This document shows positions 32,606-43,474 of a stretch of DNA of 64,000 nt, piece after piece; positions within the stretch are counted from its first letter, which is position 1, and the number at the start of each line of letters is the position of its first letter. A model generated the notes under the pieces. It searched no databases. It was not told the origin of the DNA and saw nothing but the letters and a program-made list of their open reading frames with translations. The DNA is taken from positions 49,462 through 113,461 of the forward strand of contig CAZJBQ010000002.1 of the NCBI GenBank assembly GCA_964544625.1, read 5' to 3'. Source of the stretch: an uncultured Candidatus Peribacteria bacterium. GTDB taxonomy: Bacteria; Patescibacteriota; Gracilibacteria; BD1-5; JAGOOR01. The position numbers and the translations under genes were made by a program.

Positions 32606-33307
32606 ATGAACATCCAAATAATTCCCGCACGAAATCGCTATACCGCTCACCATGAGTGGCTCGAGAGTAAACATCTCTTTTCTTTCGCAGACTATTATGA
32701 TCCAGCGAATGTGCATTTCGGTGCACTTCGTGTCTTCAACGATGACATCATAGCAGATCATCAAGGCTTCGGTATGCATCCACACAGCAATATGGAAATT
32801 ATTACTTTGGTTCTCGCAGGAGCAATCTCTCATGAAGATTCTTATGGAGGAAAAGCAACCGTTGGTGCGGGTGGCGCGCAGGTGATGTCAGCGGGCTCTG
32901 GACTTCGTCACAGTGAAATCAACAAAGGGGATGAAGCAGTCCATCTCTATCAGATATGGATTATGCCTCGCGAAGAAAATATTTCACCACGACACGACGA
33001 GCGAGATTTTTCTCAGATGCCTCATAATCATCTGGTTCCTATTGCTTCAGGATTTGACCACGATGCCCTCCAGATTCACACTGATGCCGTTATCTATCGT
33101 GGTATTTTTGACGAAGAAACCACCTGGACACACATAGCACACGCTGGTACAGGAAACGTCTTTATCTATGTCACAAATGGGAGTGTAGATCTAGCCACAG
33201 GAGAAACGCTCGAAGCCGGTGATCAGGCACGCATCTCTGATGTAGAAACCTTAGAAATTAATTTCTCTGCTGGTGCAGAAGTGGTAGTGATAGATGTTTG
33301 TGAATAG
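32606..33307 (+). CDS. pirin family protein
   Basis: Intact 233-aa ORF. HPHSNMEIITLVLAG cupin metal motif. Confidence 0.9.
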   Translation: MNIQIIPARNRYTAHHEWLESKHLFSFADYYDPANVHFGALRVFNDDIIADHQGFGMHPHSNMEIITLVLAGAISHEDSYGGKATVGAGGAQVMSAGSGLRHSEINKGDEAVHLYQIWIMPREENISPRHDERDFSQMPHNHLVPIASGFDHDALQIHTDAVIYRGIFDEETTWTHIAHAGTGNVFIYVTNGSVDLATGETLEAGDQARISDVETLEINFSAGAEVVVIDVCE

Positions 33308-33384
33308 TTCTAAGGAAATAAGATTGTATTTTTTGACAAGAGGATATAATTATTGTTAGGTTTATTCTCTAACTCTTTCATCTT

Positions 33385-33600
33385 ATGGTAAAAAGATATC
33401 CAGAGCTAGTGCTCCCTGACGGAGAAGCTACCCCAGCAGACATCGCAATGTGAGATTTTGAACTCATCCCAGGAGTAAATGTACCGAGAGACGCCTCCTC
33501 ATCGTACCATCTTTCATCTAAAATAGCTAAAATACCTGATAAAGTACAAGTTTGTTTGTCCAACAAGAAGAAAAAACACTCACCACGATGAACACATTAG
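33385..33600 (+). CDS. hypothetical small protein (71 aa)
   Basis: ATG 33385 through two TGA to TAG 33598. Overlaps the next start by 13 nt. Confidence 0.3.
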
Positions 33601-33887
33601 AACTCCAAAAATCTATCCTGGCGAATAAAATCGCCAAAGGATTCAATGTCAACGATATTCCTCTCGAATTCGCGTATCTCTACAGTGAAGTAGGGGAGGC
33701 ATTTGAGGCCTGGAGAAAGGGGAAAGATGATCTCGGAGAAGAGCTCGCTGATGTCGCGATTTACCTTCTCGGTATGGCTGAGATACTGGGTATTGATTTG
33801 GAATCTGAGATACTTCAGAAAATGGAAAAGAATGCGAAAAGAGTCTATGAGCACCATGATGGTGTGAGTGTGAGAGTGAGCGATTAG
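33588..33887 (+). CDS. small MazG-like NTP pyrophosphohydrolase
   Basis: EVGEAFEAWRKG...EELADVAIYLLGMAEILGIDLE pattern. Confidence 0.7.
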   Translation: MNTLELQKSILANKIAKGFNVNDIPLEFAYLYSEVGEAFEAWRKGKDDLGEELADVAIYLLGMAEILGIDLESEILQKMEKNAKRVYEHHDGVSVRVSD

Positions 33888-33945
33888 ATAGATTTGACTC
33901 TAAATAGATTTTGAGTATAAATTCGTGAAATTAAAAAATAAATTT

Positions 33946-34155
33946 ATGCCCATACCTCGAAGAGATGATGATCCAGTTCACGTGCTTCCTGAAGAAGAGG
34001 AGGTTATAACCACCCCTCCTGCACCGAGAGTAGCCCATAAACCAGCTGCAGTATCTGCTTTGGCAAGTATGACAGCTACAGCAGCCACCGGTCTTTTTAC
34101 AGATGAGAGAGAGGGGCCAGACTATGGTAGAGCTGGTGAGTGAGAGGAGGAATAA
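33946..34155 (+). CDS. small hypothetical protein (69 aa), low complexity
   Basis: ATG 33946, one TGA, TAA 34153. Confidence 0.35.
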
Positions 34156-34222
34156 TTCAGTATTACTGGTAAATATTCTTTCATTTCACACTAATCTGGG
34201 CGAAAAGAAATTCCATCTATTT

Positions 34223-34270
34223 GACTACATCTAGTGTCTGGATATAAATGCAGCACACAATATCTTGTGT
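34223..34270. promoter_or_regulatory. tandem NrdR-type boxes overlapping the nrdB promoter
   Basis: GACTACATCTAGTGTC (34223-38) and ACACAATATCTTGTGT (34255-70), 32 bp apart. Near-copy of the nrdA upstream module. Confidence 0.65.
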
Positions 34271-34368
34271 TTTCTCTTTCAAACAATCACGCCGTGCATA
34301 CATTTTTTGAACAGCTGCAAAGGGTGTGCGTGGTGTATGAATATTTCATCTTCTAATTTTTCCTTCCT

Positions 34369-35373
34369 ATGGCTGCTGAAAAGAAGCTCATCTGTGCTGT
34401 CGGCACAGATCCAAATAAGATACTTCCCATGAAGTATAAGTGGGCACGTCAACACTACAAAAATGGTGTCGCAAACAACTGGACTCCCGAAGAAATCCCA
34501 ATGCAAAAGGATGTAGAACAGTGGAAGGCAAAAGATGTCCTCACCGACAATGAGCGTCATCTCATCATGTGGAATCTCGGATTCTTCTCGACAGCCGAGA
34601 GCCTCACAGCCAACAATATCGTCCTCGCGATGTATCGTCATGTCACTAATCCCGAGTGTCGTCAGTATATGCTCCGTCAGGCCTATGAAGAAGCAGTTCA
34701 TACAGATACTTTTGTATACTGCTGTGATTCATTGTCTCTCGATCCAGAAGAAGTTTTTGCAGCTTATGAGACCATCCCTTCTATCAAAGCAAAAGACGAT
34801 TTCGTCGTCAATCTCACGAAATCAATTCTTGATCCAACATTTGAGATTAATACTACAGCTGATAAGCAAGCGTTTCTCCTCGATGTCATAGGATTTAATA
34901 TGATCATGGAGGGTATATTTTTCTATGCTGGTTTTGCGATGATGCTCCAGCTCATGCGAAACAACAAAATGAAGGGTATCGGTGAGCAATTCCAGTATAT
35001 CCTCCGCGATGAATCTATCCACATCGCCTACGGTCGTGACCTCATCAATGGTATCGTCGCAGAAAATCCAGAAGTTTGGACAGAAGAGTTTAAGGCAAAA
35101 GTCATCGACCTCTTCAAACAAGCAACATCACATGAGCTCGCCTACGTCGAGGATTGTCTCCCATACGGCGTCCTCGGTCTCAATGGTGACGCAGTGAAAC
35201 AGTACGTCCGACATATCGTCGATCGACGTTGTGAGATGATCAATCTCCCGATTCTTCATGGTGATGAAAATCCATTTCCATGGATGAGCGAAATCATGGA
35301 TCTGCGCAAAGAGAAAAATTTCTTTGAAACAAAAGTCACAGAATATCAGACAGCCGGCAATCTCGAGTGGTAA
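34369..35373 (+). CDS. nrdB: class I ribonucleotide reductase beta subunit
   Basis: Intact 334-aa ORF with ferritin-like diiron motifs (EEAVH..., ...DESIH...). Confidence 0.95.
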   Translation: MAAEKKLICAVGTDPNKILPMKYKWARQHYKNGVANNWTPEEIPMQKDVEQWKAKDVLTDNERHLIMWNLGFFSTAESLTANNIVLAMYRHVTNPECRQYMLRQAYEEAVHTDTFVYCCDSLSLDPEEVFAAYETIPSIKAKDDFVVNLTKSILDPTFEINTTADKQAFLLDVIGFNMIMEGIFFYAGFAMMLQLMRNNKMKGIGEQFQYILRDESIHIAYGRDLINGIVAENPEVWTEEFKAKVIDLFKQATSHELAYVEDCLPYGVLGLNGDAVKQYVRHIVDRRCEMINLPILHGDENPFPWMSEIMDLRKEKNFFETKVTEYQTAGNLEW

Positions 35374-35396
35374 TCCCCGAATTATATATCAAACAT

Positions 35397-35430
35397 CAAA
35401 CCAGGGCATAGCTCTGGTTTGATTTTGTTT
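35397..35430 (+). terminator. intrinsic terminator after nrdB
   Basis: CAAACCAG/CTGGTTTG stem with a 9-nt loop and a T-rich tail. Confidence 0.65.
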
Positions 35431-35454
35431 CGTTCCTCTTACAATGAAATTATT

Positions 35455-36223
35455 ATGATACGTGATATCACATCGATATTTCGAGAGTACCAGATTTGTC
35501 CTTCATTTGAGACAGAGCAGAGAGACTTTGCTGACGTATTCAAAAATCTCCCGCATACGACTATTGGTAAATGATTTTTTTCATAGGGAGTACCTGCTCC
35601 TGTGTCGATATTTCGGTTATTTCGGAGATGGATATGAGCACTATGATGATTATGCTGCTCTCACTGCCTTTCAGTATGGTTTTCGTGCGAATTTGAGCTT
35701 TCTTTTTCCCGTCTTAGAGCATCGATTTGGTATCAAGATTTCTGAAAAAATATTCGCAGAATTGCCAGTCTTGCACAATTTTCTTCCCAGAGAATACCTC
35801 TGTTACTGAGCAGCAGTATCAGAAGAAAATAAAGAAAAAAATACTTCCTATATTATCCAAGAATTTCTCTCCGGGAAGCCACTCTCTGATATGGATATGG
35901 ATGATTTTTCTCGAGAACAGCTCCTGCAGATGTATCTGTTTTGTCTCCTCGCTCTTCTCTTTTTTGTCCATACTGGTTCTGTCCTCGATACACGTCCGAG
36001 CAAAGATCCAAAACACTGGGTACACTGGCTCATGAAAACAGAAAATATATTTGTCACACACGATAGAGGTGTGCAGCTCCTCGATACTCGATGGCTCTGG
36101 AATACCCACAGCAATCTCGTGCGACGATGAGTACTCATACCAGAACTCATCATCCAGAGTACGGTCCGTACGGTCAAGAGCATCGAAAAGAGACTTCATT
36201 TGCTCGAAAAGGAGGAGTTGTAA
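35455..36223 (+). pseudogene. kinase-fold-like gene interrupted by a frame change at a T7 run
   Basis: Frame 1 runs from ATG 35455 (...TTIGKG(TGA)FF) to TAG 35584. Frame 2 is open to TAA 36221 (IIQEFLSGKPL...VHTGSVLDTRP...LLDT). The junction is at T7 35575-35581. Confidence 0.45.
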
Positions 36224-36250
36224 TTCTTGGGATTTTTTCATAATGAATAT

Positions 36251-36814
36251 ATGTTTTGATTGTACACCATTCTTCTGGGGGTTTTTCTCGCTCTCCTCGA
36301 AATAGAGATAGAAGGAGAACATGGATGGGCTGCGAAGTTGCCAACATGGCGGCGAGTATTCCCGAGTTTACCTCTCTCGTTTTTGCGAAATATGACGGGG
36401 TATCATATCACACTTTTTGCTATGATACTCGTGCTCAATCATGTCGTATTTATCGGCATGGTTGATCAGTACTCACTCGGACACGAATTATTCATACTTG
36501 GTTTTCATTTTTTCCTGATTATTTATTGGGATTTCCTGTGGTTCGTACTCAATCCTCACTTCACGCTCAAAAAGTTTGAAAAACAATATATCCCATGGTA
36601 CCAACATGTAGAGTGGAAATTCGGAGGTCCCATGGATTATTGGTATGCTCTCTCACTCTCCGTTATATGTGTCATAATTGGTCACCTCTTTACGGGCGAT
36701 AGTCGCATTGTGGACCAATACATGGTGACATTTGTCGCGAGTATTGTCGTCATTTTTATTGCTATCATTGTGAGCCCTCGGTACGGTCGATGGTACTTTT
36801 TTATGCGAAAATAA
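36251..36814 (+). CDS. polytopic membrane protein, function unknown
   Basis: ATG 36251, one early TGA, multiple hydrophobic segments. Its stop overlaps the next ATG (TAATG). Confidence 0.55.
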
Positions 36815-37479
36815 TGACCTACCAAAAACACATCGCTAATATCGTGACGACTCTCGGAATCATCACTGGTATAGTAGCTTGTGTTGGAGCATTCTACCGT
36901 CCATCGTTTATACTTGCGGAGATATATCTGGTCATAGCCCTTATCCTCGACGCTCTGGATGGTTGGTGTGCGAGGCGTTTTGGCGGTCATTGGTTTGGTC
37001 CATACTTGGACGATATAGCTGATGCTATTAATTTTGGTCTTCATCCAGCAGTATGGGTCTATCTCCTCTCTGATTCGATACTTTTGGCGAGCATTTTCAC
37101 TCTCAGTATCATATTTCGCCTCGTACGATTCACTCTTCAAAAAGAAAATAAGAGCGTATTTTTTTCATGACTTCCATCGCCAGCCAGCGCTATCGCTCTC
37201 CTCGGATTATTATTTTTTACAGATTCGGTTTTAGTGGCTGCTCTCGGCGTCATAACACTCTCTGTACTATCGTGTTCGACTCTCCCGTGTCTCCATGTGA
37301 TCAAGTGAAATCATATCGCACCGCGTACGCTCTTCATAGGAGCAATAGTATTTTTTGTCATACTGTGGTGAGTATCGGGAGGACAGTTTTTTCTTATACA
37401 ATTTTGGTCCATCATGGCCTATGTCCTTTTGTCGGGACTCCTTTTTTATAATCCTCGTCTATGATTGCGAGACTCTTAG
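36814..37479 (+). CDS. CDP-alcohol phosphatidyltransferase (phosphatidylserine-synthase-like)
   Basis: D-x2-DG-x2-AR-x8-G-x3-D-x3-D motif: DALDGWCARRFGGHWFGPYLDDIAD. Confidence 0.8.
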
Positions 37480-38000
37480 AGGTATTTTTCATATTTTTGC
37501 CGGCTTTCGTTGGCAATGCACTCCCCGTGGTTGCGAAAAATATACCCGGTATTCGACGATTTTCTCGCCCTATAAGTCCGATATGGTTGGGTAAAAATAA
37601 GACTTATCGTGGTCTCATAGCTGGCGTTTTGGGCGGTATGCTCTGTGGTATTATTTTGACAGCATTGGTTCACAGCGGTTTCCTCCTGCAGTGGTCTCGA
37701 TTTGATTCTTTTTATCGTGATTTCTGAAATGGTATTTTCTTTGGTTTTCTCTTGAGTTTCGGAGCCCTGATTGGTGATATGATCAAGAGTTTTGCGAAGC
37801 GTCGTGTTGGTAAAAAGCCAGGCGCTATGTTTCAGCCATGGGACGGTATTGATTATATACTCGCGACTATCATAGTTATGCTTCCGTTTATTTTTCTTTC
37901 TTGGATGGAGATTATTTTCTTGCTCCTGATAGGTCCATTGCTGAGTCTCACGTGTAATATAATGGCCTATTCAATAGGGTGGAAAGACTGCTGGTACTAG
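37461..38000 (+). CDS. CarS-like (DUF46, CDP-archaeol synthase family) cytidylyltransferase
   Basis: LPAFVGNALPVV...LGKNKTYRG...GALIGDMIKSFAKRRVG...PWDGIDY matches the family pattern I know from archaeal CarS. Confidence 0.65.
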
Positions 38001-38866
38001 AGAGATTTTCCGATACTTTCACCTGTTATTATTTCTGTCTCGATTCCTTGTGTACTCATCGAGATGATATCGTCTGCGATGGAGATTTTATTTTCCTGGA
38101 AGAGGATGAGTACAGCTGAGCCTCCGAGTCCGAAATATCATTTTTCTTGTCATAGAGTGAATCGTTCTCAGACTCGCAGATGATTCGTTATAGATCCGAC
38201 ATTTGTTGCCCCTACTTCGAGCCAGAGGACATCACCAAAATTTTCTGTTCTGAGACGCATGAGATGACTCTTATTTTCTAACCAGAGACCGGTTCTGAGT
38301 ACACTATTATCGACCGAGTAGAGGAGGCCATCACGAGCCTGAGAGGAGAGCACTTCACCACTATCAAAAAAATGAAATCGATGATAATCGGAAAAACGGA
38401 GTCGAAAAAAGAGGAGATCTCCACCCGAAAAATCAGCGCTCTCAGGGCCAAAGAGTTTTTCTACATTGGTTGGAGTTCACTTCACCATACATGGTCATTT
38501 TTGTGAGAGAGCACGTGTGACTTCGAGACACCCATCCACAGGGCTGCAGATGATTTTTTTCTCAGGGGAAAACATGCGGTATTCTGGCTTACTTTTTCGA
38601 ATAAAAAAATCTTGCACACTGACAAAACCACCCGGAGGGACGATATATGTCGTAGTATCGATGTGGTATTTTCGTATCAATAGAGGGAGGAGTATTCGCG
38701 ACCAGCGAGTTCAAAAAATCCTCCCCATACCTGCAGAGAAGAGACGGGTGCGAATGAGAGAGAGGCACAATTTCCCGAGAGAAGAAAAATAGAGGAAATT
38801 GAGGAGTTTACTCTCAGCTCAGCTCTGGAGTTGTTTTGTGGTACGTGAGTAAAATTGTTGTTGCAT
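37997..38866 (-). CDS. psd: phosphatidylserine decarboxylase proenzyme
   Basis: FRLRFSDYHRFHF, EVGATNVGSI and G(TGA)YFGLGGSAV (cleavage-site region). Track fragments 38168 and 38495 share a frame. Confidence 0.85.
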
Positions 38867-38873
38867 ACTCTAT

Positions 38874-39272
38874 TTATCAATTCTGAGCTTCAGTATATGC
38901 TTTCTTTGTTTTTGTATAGCTCTTCATGAGTTCCTGACAAAACTCTCTACAGAGAGGATCGAGTGGATCAATCTCGCAGAGGCGTAAAAATTGGAGATAG
39001 ACACAATAGACTCGAAAATGATTCAAAAGCTGTCTCTCGAGAGGCGTTAGTGTTCCTTTTTCGAGGAGAGATTGTCAGAAATCTATTTCTGTTTTTATTC
39101 CATACCTCATGAGAAGCGTAATATACTGTTGGAAATCCCGTTTCCCTAATCGAGCCGTTGGCATACCTGTTAAAAAACGGATACCACGCAGATAATCGGG
39201 TATACCAGGGTTTTCTCGATTACCACCAGTGACGACAACGAGGGTTGAGAGATATTGTTGGTCTATTTCCAT
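38874..39272 (-). CDS. hypothetical protein (132 aa), first gene of the psd operon
   Basis: ATG 39272, two TGA, TAA 38874. Confidence 0.5.
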
Positions 39273-39417
39273 AAAAAACTCCCCTTTTTGAGGGGAGAGA
39301 ATAAGTGATAAAAATTACACACATCTACCCCCCAAGTTTTTGGAGAATCTTCACGGCGAAAGAAGAAGATGAGAGATGCTGCATATTCTTAGTCTATCAA
39401 TTTATCAGAAATTACAA
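39273..39417 (-). promoter_or_regulatory. serine-run leader-peptide attenuator upstream of the psd operon
   Basis: TTGTAA-15-TAGACT, then 6 nt, then ATG 39384. Leader encodes MQHLSSSSFAVKILQKLGG (39384-39325). Terminator CTCCCCT/AGGGGAG (39279-39297) plus U6 abuts ATG 39272. Confidence 0.6.
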
Positions 39418-39870
39418 GCGTAATCAGAGGAGAAGTCTTCCCATAGCACTCATATCCTCGATTGCTTCTTGAGTTATATGCGTCGCGATGAGAGTGGTAA
39501 CTTCTTCGATATTGACAGTTGGATCGAGAAATATATCGAGCCTATCAACAGTTTTGCTCTTGAGCGTAAAGCGGAGAATCATCGGTGTATTATCGACTCG
39601 AATAATACGAAATGATTGCATACGATCATACGCATAGAGGACACCACTCAGAGATATACCTTCATCATTGACGATGACATTCACGACCGGATGAGTGTTG
39701 ATATCATAGAGGAGGTAGACGCCAGCGAAGATGATGAGTACGATACCCAAGAGGTATTCTCCTACCAAAAAACTCACAACTGTACCACTAATAATAACAG
39801 TAGCCGCAATAGCATACCAACGTTTGCTTCGTTCGAATCAGCTCGAAAATGCCCATGAAAAAGGTCCCAT
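39412..39870 (-). CDS. membrane protein, two N-terminal TM helices plus a soluble domain
   Basis: Track ORF 39424-39777 extended in frame both ways (ATG 39870, TAA 39412). Confidence 0.5.
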
Positions 39871-39874
39871 AAAA

Positions 39875-40228
39875 TTAGATATTATCGAGCCAGAAATTAA
39901 CAACTATCCATGCTGACCATGAAATCACAGCACCAAAAAGTGCCATTTTGACTGATTCTTTCCCTTTGCTTTTCCATTCCTCATTGACACCACCAAAAGT
40001 ATAGAGCAAGCCTCATACAACGATAATTCAGAGACTAATATAGCCAACAAATGCGAGGAGATTGTTGATGACATTCACGATAATACAGGGGATTTGTTCC
40101 GCCGTTATATCGCCTTGTCGGAGATTATAGCTCGATATGCCACATTCACCACTCCTACCCTCAAATATAGACCGAGCAAACGTATTTGAAGAGAAGAGGA
40201 CGGCAATGAGGATGTATATTATTCGCAT
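39875..40228 (-). CDS. secreted two-TM small protein, possibly TrbC/VirB2-like pilin
   Basis: Signal peptide then two hydrophobic helices (117 aa). This architecture is common among conjugative-type pilins. Weak. Confidence 0.35.
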
Positions 40229-40929
40229 GCGAGAGAGATGAGGAGCTGATCCGTGAGATATTTAGCAATAGTATTCGTTGTTTCGAGAGCCATCTGCGTC
40301 TCACGGAGACGAGAGGCATGTCTCGTAGCTAGTTTACCACATCATATCGCATCTTGCAAGCCTCGAACAACCCAGAGTGCATCATCACGAGTGAATTTGC
40401 GATCTTTATGGAGTGTGAGAGCGAATAGCTCCTCTGGATGACCGTCGAGATAGGCTTGTATTTCATTATCGAGAGGATTTTCTCATCGCTGAATAATGCC
40501 CGTGCTCATCATGAGCATACGCGATTGGATGGTAGGTATGATTTTTTCTGGCGATGAACTCGTCACGAGTATGAGGACTTGGGCTGGGACATCTTCGAAG
40601 AGACGCAAGAGGGAGTTAGCCGAAGTATCTGTCAGACGGTCAATATTGCGGAATAATGCTATGAGGATGTCCCCAGCAGGTTTTTGATAGAGTTTTTCTG
40701 CCTGCATACGGACTTTATCAGCTTTATGATTTCCTGATATTTTATCTCCACAGTCATAGTAGAGAAAGTCCATCATTCATTTATCGGCGAGTTCTTCGAT
40801 ATCCTGTATCTCATTCTCAAAGATTTCAGAACAAATCTCGCATACCTGAGCCTCTGAAACGAGTATGGGAGACGATTGTGCACCATTTTTGAGGTCAGAT
40901 ATGACTGATAAAATTTGTTGCGAAAGCAT
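40219..40929 (-). CDS. holB: DNA polymerase III delta-prime-like subunit
   Basis: SANSLLRLFEDVPAQVLILVTSSSPEKIIPTIQSR matches the clamp-loader sensor region. The N-terminus is degenerate. Confidence 0.65.
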
Positions 40930-40969
40930 AGGGTTTCTTCTATACTATACAAAATTTCCTTTTTTCCAT

Positions 40970-41878
40970 ATGGATCTACGAGAGTTTCGTGATAAAACTA
41001 TGACTTTTTTGGTTCCTGTGTTGGCAGCGAGTCTCGTCCTCGGAGCCATAGCATGGATTGTAGGTACCAAATATTTCTGGAATACCTCGACACTGACACT
41101 CCTTACTGATATCGAACGCCCAACACCTATTCGCATCGAAGTACAAGCGCAAATTATAAAAAAAGAAATACCTATTCCTGGATTAATCCATTATGGGATG
41201 ACACTTTTGGCCGGAGGAAAAGAATTAGCTCGAACGTATCCAATTCATTTTTCACTTCCTTGGTCCAGGTCGATTACCTGCAGGAGTGAGTGTATCCTAT
41301 CCGATATACCATCATGAGCTGCTACTCTGTTTGTGAGTAACCAGTTCGGTGGAGTAACAAAAATAGATATTGTGATACTCCCGGATACCACAGGGACCAT
41401 CAATCTACGACCAAAAATACAGCTAGAATATGTCTCAGATACGACGAAATTTCGTGGTCTTGCGATAAGTTTAAAAGATATCAATGCCATCCCGGGGAGT
41501 ATAGTGTTTACGAATCTTTTTCAGTCACTCGCTCTGGTACGTTCTTCTCAAGGTGAATATGCTTATGAGATGAGCACGAGACAGCTCATCAAACTCCCAG
41601 ACTCACTTGATAATGTCAAGATAGCCCCTGCAGAGGACGAAGGTGTGTATATTCTCATAACGAGAGATGCGGTCTATCTCTACGATAGATTCGGACGTAC
41701 GTCTCTCAAACAGCTCGAGTCGTATGAGGTTGGCGATGTGGTGCTCGCATGGAAAGGAAAAAATACACAATTAACCTCTCAGAAAGAAAGCATCGAGCTC
41801 AATGGATATTGGTGGCCATTGAAAAAAGAAGAAAAGACCTATTTCACCGATGGAATTAGGGTATTTTTTATAAAATAA
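40970..41878 (+). CDS. membrane-anchored hypothetical protein (302 aa)
   Basis: Two same-frame fragments joined at TGA 41315. Confidence 0.55.
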
Positions 41879-42017
41879 TTTCCTTTTTGAACGATTTTTG
41901 ATATACTCTCCCCGTAGTCAGTCAAAAATGCAAGAATTTGGTTCCCCAGATTCTTTTTTTTACCCAGAGTTTCTCTATACTGTTTTTGACTGATATTTAT
42001 TTTTCATTTATTGAACT

Positions 42018-43094
42018 ATGCTCGATCTCAAAAAAATAGATGCTGCTATCAATCATATCGCAGCTGAACGATGACTCCACCGTGATGATCTCATCGAAAT
42101 CATCGAATCGGCTATCCGTACTGCCTATAAAAAAGACTACGGAACCAAGGATGATGTCGTCAACGTCAAACTCGATTTTGATGCCAATACCATCACGGTT
42201 ACGACTGAAAAAACAGTTGTAGAAAAAGTCGAAAATCCTAATATCGAAATCAGCAAAGCTGAACTCGGCGAAGATGCTGATGCATTTGAACTCGGTGATA
42301 TCATCGAAATCGATGTGAGTGACTTCCTCAAAGACAATGATCAGGTCTTCGGCCGTATCGCCTCTCAGGCAGCTCGTCAGGTTATCATCCAGAAAATTGG
42401 TGAATCTGAGAAAGCAAAAGTCTATGAGATTTTCAAGGACAAGCAGGGTGAAGTCGTGAATGTCCGAGTGGATATGGTCGAGAACGATCGCGTCTTCGTC
42501 GAATTCAATGGTTCACAGGTGCTCCTCCCACGTGGTGAACAAGTCAGCCGTGATAAATATACACCAGGGATGCGTCTCCATGTCTACGTCAAAAAAGTCG
42601 AAGACGAGGGCTATGGCGATCCAAAGATTATCCTCTCTCGTAAAGATCCACAACTCGTCGCAAAACTCTTCGAACTTTCAACCCCAGAACTCGAGGATCA
42701 CACAATTGAAATCGTCAAAATCGTTCGTGAACCAGGATTTAAAACCAAAATCATCGTCGCTTCTGAATTCGAAGAAGTCGATCCTGCTGGTGCCCTCATC
42801 GGTCCAAAAGGTATCCGCGTCAAAGCCGTCGTCGAAGAGCTCTCAGGAGAAAAAGTCGATGTCATCAATTACACAGATAACTCTCGTGAACTCGTCGCTC
42901 AAGCTCTCAATCCTGCTCGTATCCTCGATGTCCAATTCGATGAAGATGGTGTCGCACACGTGACAGTTCCAAAATCAGAAGAAGTCCGGGCTATCGGTCG
43001 ATCTGGAGGAAATGTCCGTCTCGCTGAACAACTCACTGGATTCCGTATTCGTCTCATCGGTGTAGAGGAAGAAGGTGCTCCTGCGGCTGAATAA
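42018..43094 (+). CDS. nusA: transcription termination/antitermination factor NusA
   Basis: N-terminal domain, S1 and two KH regions (GPKGIRVK, AIGRSGGNVRLA). One TGA at the conserved ERG(TGA). Confidence 0.9.
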
Positions 43095-43143
43095 AAAGCC
43101 AGGATTAACATATCACAAACTCATTAAACTTATAAACCTCCTT

Positions 43144-43422
43144 ATGGCTGACAAAAAATATATCGGTGGTTCTGCAAAAGCAGTCTCAACACAGTATGGT
43201 GACATCCTCAATCTCTCGCTCAAACTCGAGGATATGCAGGCAATCGTCAATGAAAAGGGCTACGTCAATATGTCTGTCCTCAAGCGTAAAGAACCAGGGC
43301 AATATGGTGATACACACTATGTAGTCGAAAATGACTATCAGAAAAATCGTGAGGCAAATGGGGCTTCGTCAGCTCCTGCTGGCCCTAGCACAAAGGCTGC
43401 AGAAATGGATGTGCCGTTTTAG
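43144..43422 (+). CDS. hypothetical protein (92 aa)
   Basis: Intact ORF from ATG 43144. Confidence 0.5.
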   Translation: MADKKYIGGSAKAVSTQYGDILNLSLKLEDMQAIVNEKGYVNMSVLKRKEPGQYGDTHYVVENDYQKNREANGASSAPAGPSTKAAEMDVPF

Positions 43423-43474
43423 TCAAATTGACAAAATATTAAATATTCTATAATAAAATTATTATAGGTATTTT

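Noticed and set aside
35714-36322. Minus-strand ORF (167 aa in the track, 175 aa with table 25) opposite the kinase-like gene
   Set aside because: Its codons are dominated by GAG, the mirror of the CTC-rich plus frame, and CTC is the Leu codon preferred in nrdA and other secure genes. The plus frame also shows kinase-like segments. I kept the plus-strand reading.
41928-42017. In-frame ATG 90 nt upstream of nusA as an N-terminal extension
   Set aside because: The extension (MQEFGSPDSFFYPEFLYTVFDGYLFFIYGT) is not NusA-like. The canonical NusA N-terminus begins at ATG 42018.
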